Origin: an uncultured delta proteobacterium
Lineage (GTDB): Bacteria > Myxococcota_A > Polyangia > Polyangiales > Polyangiaceae
Length of the DNA: 64,000 nt
Assembly (NCBI GenBank): GCA_963782055.1
Contig: CAWAIF010000003.1
Coordinates: forward strand, 1,056,001 to 1,120,000
Reading direction: 5' to 3'
Numbering within the stretch: position 1 is the first letter of the stretch; every line of letters begins with the position of its first letter. The position numbers and the translations under genes were made by a program. The notes beneath the pieces were generated by a model. The model had not been told where the DNA came from. It searched no databases and worked only from the letters and a program-made list of their open reading frames with translations. Positions 62,616-64,000 of the stretch are shown here, piece by piece.

Positions 62616-64000
62616 ATGCTCGCAGCCTGGGGCCGCTTCGTCTTCCGCAACCGCGTGGTGGTGCTCGTCTGCTCCGTCCTGCTGGTCGCGGCCGCCGCGC
62701 TGAGCCTGCGCCACGGCGGGAACCTGACGACGGGGACGCTCGCCGACCTGGAGTCGACCCACGCCGACGAGCTGGCGCGCCAGGCGCTGGGCGATCGCGC
62801 GGGCCCGACGGTGATCGCCCTCTTCCGCTCGGACACGATGACGGTCGACGACCCGTCCTTCTACTCCGCGATGGACGACGCGCTCTCGCCGCTGGAGGAC
62901 GATCACGACGTGGCCGACGTCCTCTCGCCGGTGGAGGCCCCCACCGCCATCGGCGACAAGCTCGTCTCCGCCGATCGCCACGAGGCGCTGGCGGTGATCA
63001 CGCTCCATGGGACCCTCACCCACGCCGAGCACCTGTTCCCCTCGCTGCGCGCCAGGATCAAGCCGGGTCCGCTGACGGTGTCCTACACCGGGGAGGCCAA
63101 GTACCGCGCCGACCTCGACACCACCCTTCGCAGCGATCTCCTGGTCGCCGAGCTGGTGAGCTTCCCGCTCGCGCTGCTGGTGCTGCTGATCGTCTTCCGC
63201 AGCGTGGTGGCGGCCACGCTGCCGGTCGTGGTCGGGGGGCTCGCCGTGCTCACCGCCATCGCGTGCGTGCTGCAGATCGCCCGGGTGACCGACATGGCGC
63301 AGTACACGCTCAACGTGGCGTCGCTCATCGGGCTGGGCCTCGCCATCGACTACTCGCTCTTTTACACGAGCCGCTTCCGCGAGGAGCTCGCGGGCGGCGC
63401 GACCGTCGCCCAAGCCATCGAGGTGGCGATGGACACCGCCGGACACGCGGTGCTCGGGAGCGGGCTCGCGGTGGGCGTGGGCCTCTCCGGCCTGCTCTTC
63501 TTCCGGCACTCCTACGTCTCGGCGATGGGCCTGGCCGGCGGGGTCGTCGTCCTGCTCTCGGTCGCCTCGGCGCTGACCTTGCTTCCCGCCTTGCTCGCGG
63601 TGCTGGGCAAGCGGGTCGACGCCGGCGCCCTGCGGCTCCGCCGCCGGAAGGACGTCGATGCCCGCGGGCCCCGGCAGGAGGGGCGCCTGTGGCGCGCCAT
63701 CGTGCCGCGGGTGATGGCGCACCCGGTGATCGTGCTGGTGCCGACGCTCGCGGTGGTCCTCGCGCTGGGCACGCCCTTCTTCCGGCTGCGCACGGCGAGC
63801 GCCTTCGTCGGTGTCCTGCCGATGAAGACCGAGTCGCGCGCCACCTACGAGAGGATCCGCGCCGACTTCCCCGCGCAGGCCGACAACCGCCTGGCGGTCG
63901 TGGTGCACTTCCCCACCGACGCGCTCACCCTCCCGCGCGTCCAGGCCCTGCGCGCGCTGCGGGATCGCATCGCGGCGCTGCCCGGCGTCGTCGGCGTGGA
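62616..64000 (+). CDS. MMPL/RND-family transporter (3'-truncated by the window edge)
   Basis: Absent from the ORF track (no stop). MLAAWGRFVFRNR.., VFRSVVAATLP, GLGLAIDYSLFYTSRFREEL, TAGHAVLGSG. Confidence 0.93.
   Translation, partial: MLAAWGRFVFRNRVVVLVCSVLLVAAAALSLRHGGNLTTGTLADLESTHADELARQALGDRAGPTVIALFRSDTMTVDDPSFYSAMDDALSPLEDDHDVADVLSPVEAPTAIGDKLVSADRHEALAVITLHGTLTHAEHLFPSLRARIKPGPLTVSYTGEAKYRADLDTTLRSDLLVAELVSFPLALLVLLIVFRSVVAATLPVVVGGLAVLTAIACVLQIARVTDMAQYTLNVASLIGLGLAIDYSLFYTSRFREELAGGATVAQAIEVAMDTAGHAVLGSGLAVGVGLSGLLFFRHSYVSAMGLAGGVVVLLSVASALTLLPALLAVLGKRVDAGALRLRRRKDVDARGPRQEGRLWRAIVPRVMAHPVIVLVPTLAVVLALGTPFFRLRTASAFVGVLPMKTESRATYERIRADFPAQADNRLAVVVHFPTDALTLPRVQALRALRDRIAALPGVVGV

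Overview
Very GC-rich chromosomal segment of a myxobacterium. The taxon, probably Polyangiales/Sorangiineae, is inferred from gene content: AglRQS-type motor triads, a Ser/Thr kinase-PEGA pair, Cys/'DAG'-rich lipoproteins and the futalosine pathway. Most of it is core genome. In order: a partial histidine kinase, a double-RRM RNA-binding protein, rpmG, mreBCD-mrdA-rodA, two divergent TolQ/TolR/TolR triads, a DNA methyltransferase-HD phosphohydrolase operon, a sigma54 regulator with an ABC ATPase, an OmpA protein, thiC, rimP-nusA-ylxR/L7Ae-infB, ylxP-rbfA, a serA-like dehydrogenase, a kinase/PEGA pair, secreted lipoproteins, menaquinone genes (ubiE/menG, ubiX, mqnE, mqnA-mqnC fusion), MarR, a P450, a hybrid kinase, an SF1 helicase, an iodotyrosine-deiodinase-like flavoprotein, TerB and a partial MMPL. 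I saw no rRNA, tRNA, CRISPR array or transposase. The most unusual items are two apparently intact 'hollowed-out' enzyme homologues. One is a membrane-pyrophosphatase-like protein that keeps the transmembrane segments but lacks the catalytic loops, directly behind the aglRQS-like motor genes. The other is a miniature MqnE paralogue without its radical-SAM core, translationally coupled to mqnE. Family assignments come from motifs recognised by eye and remembered consensus sequences; no searches were run.
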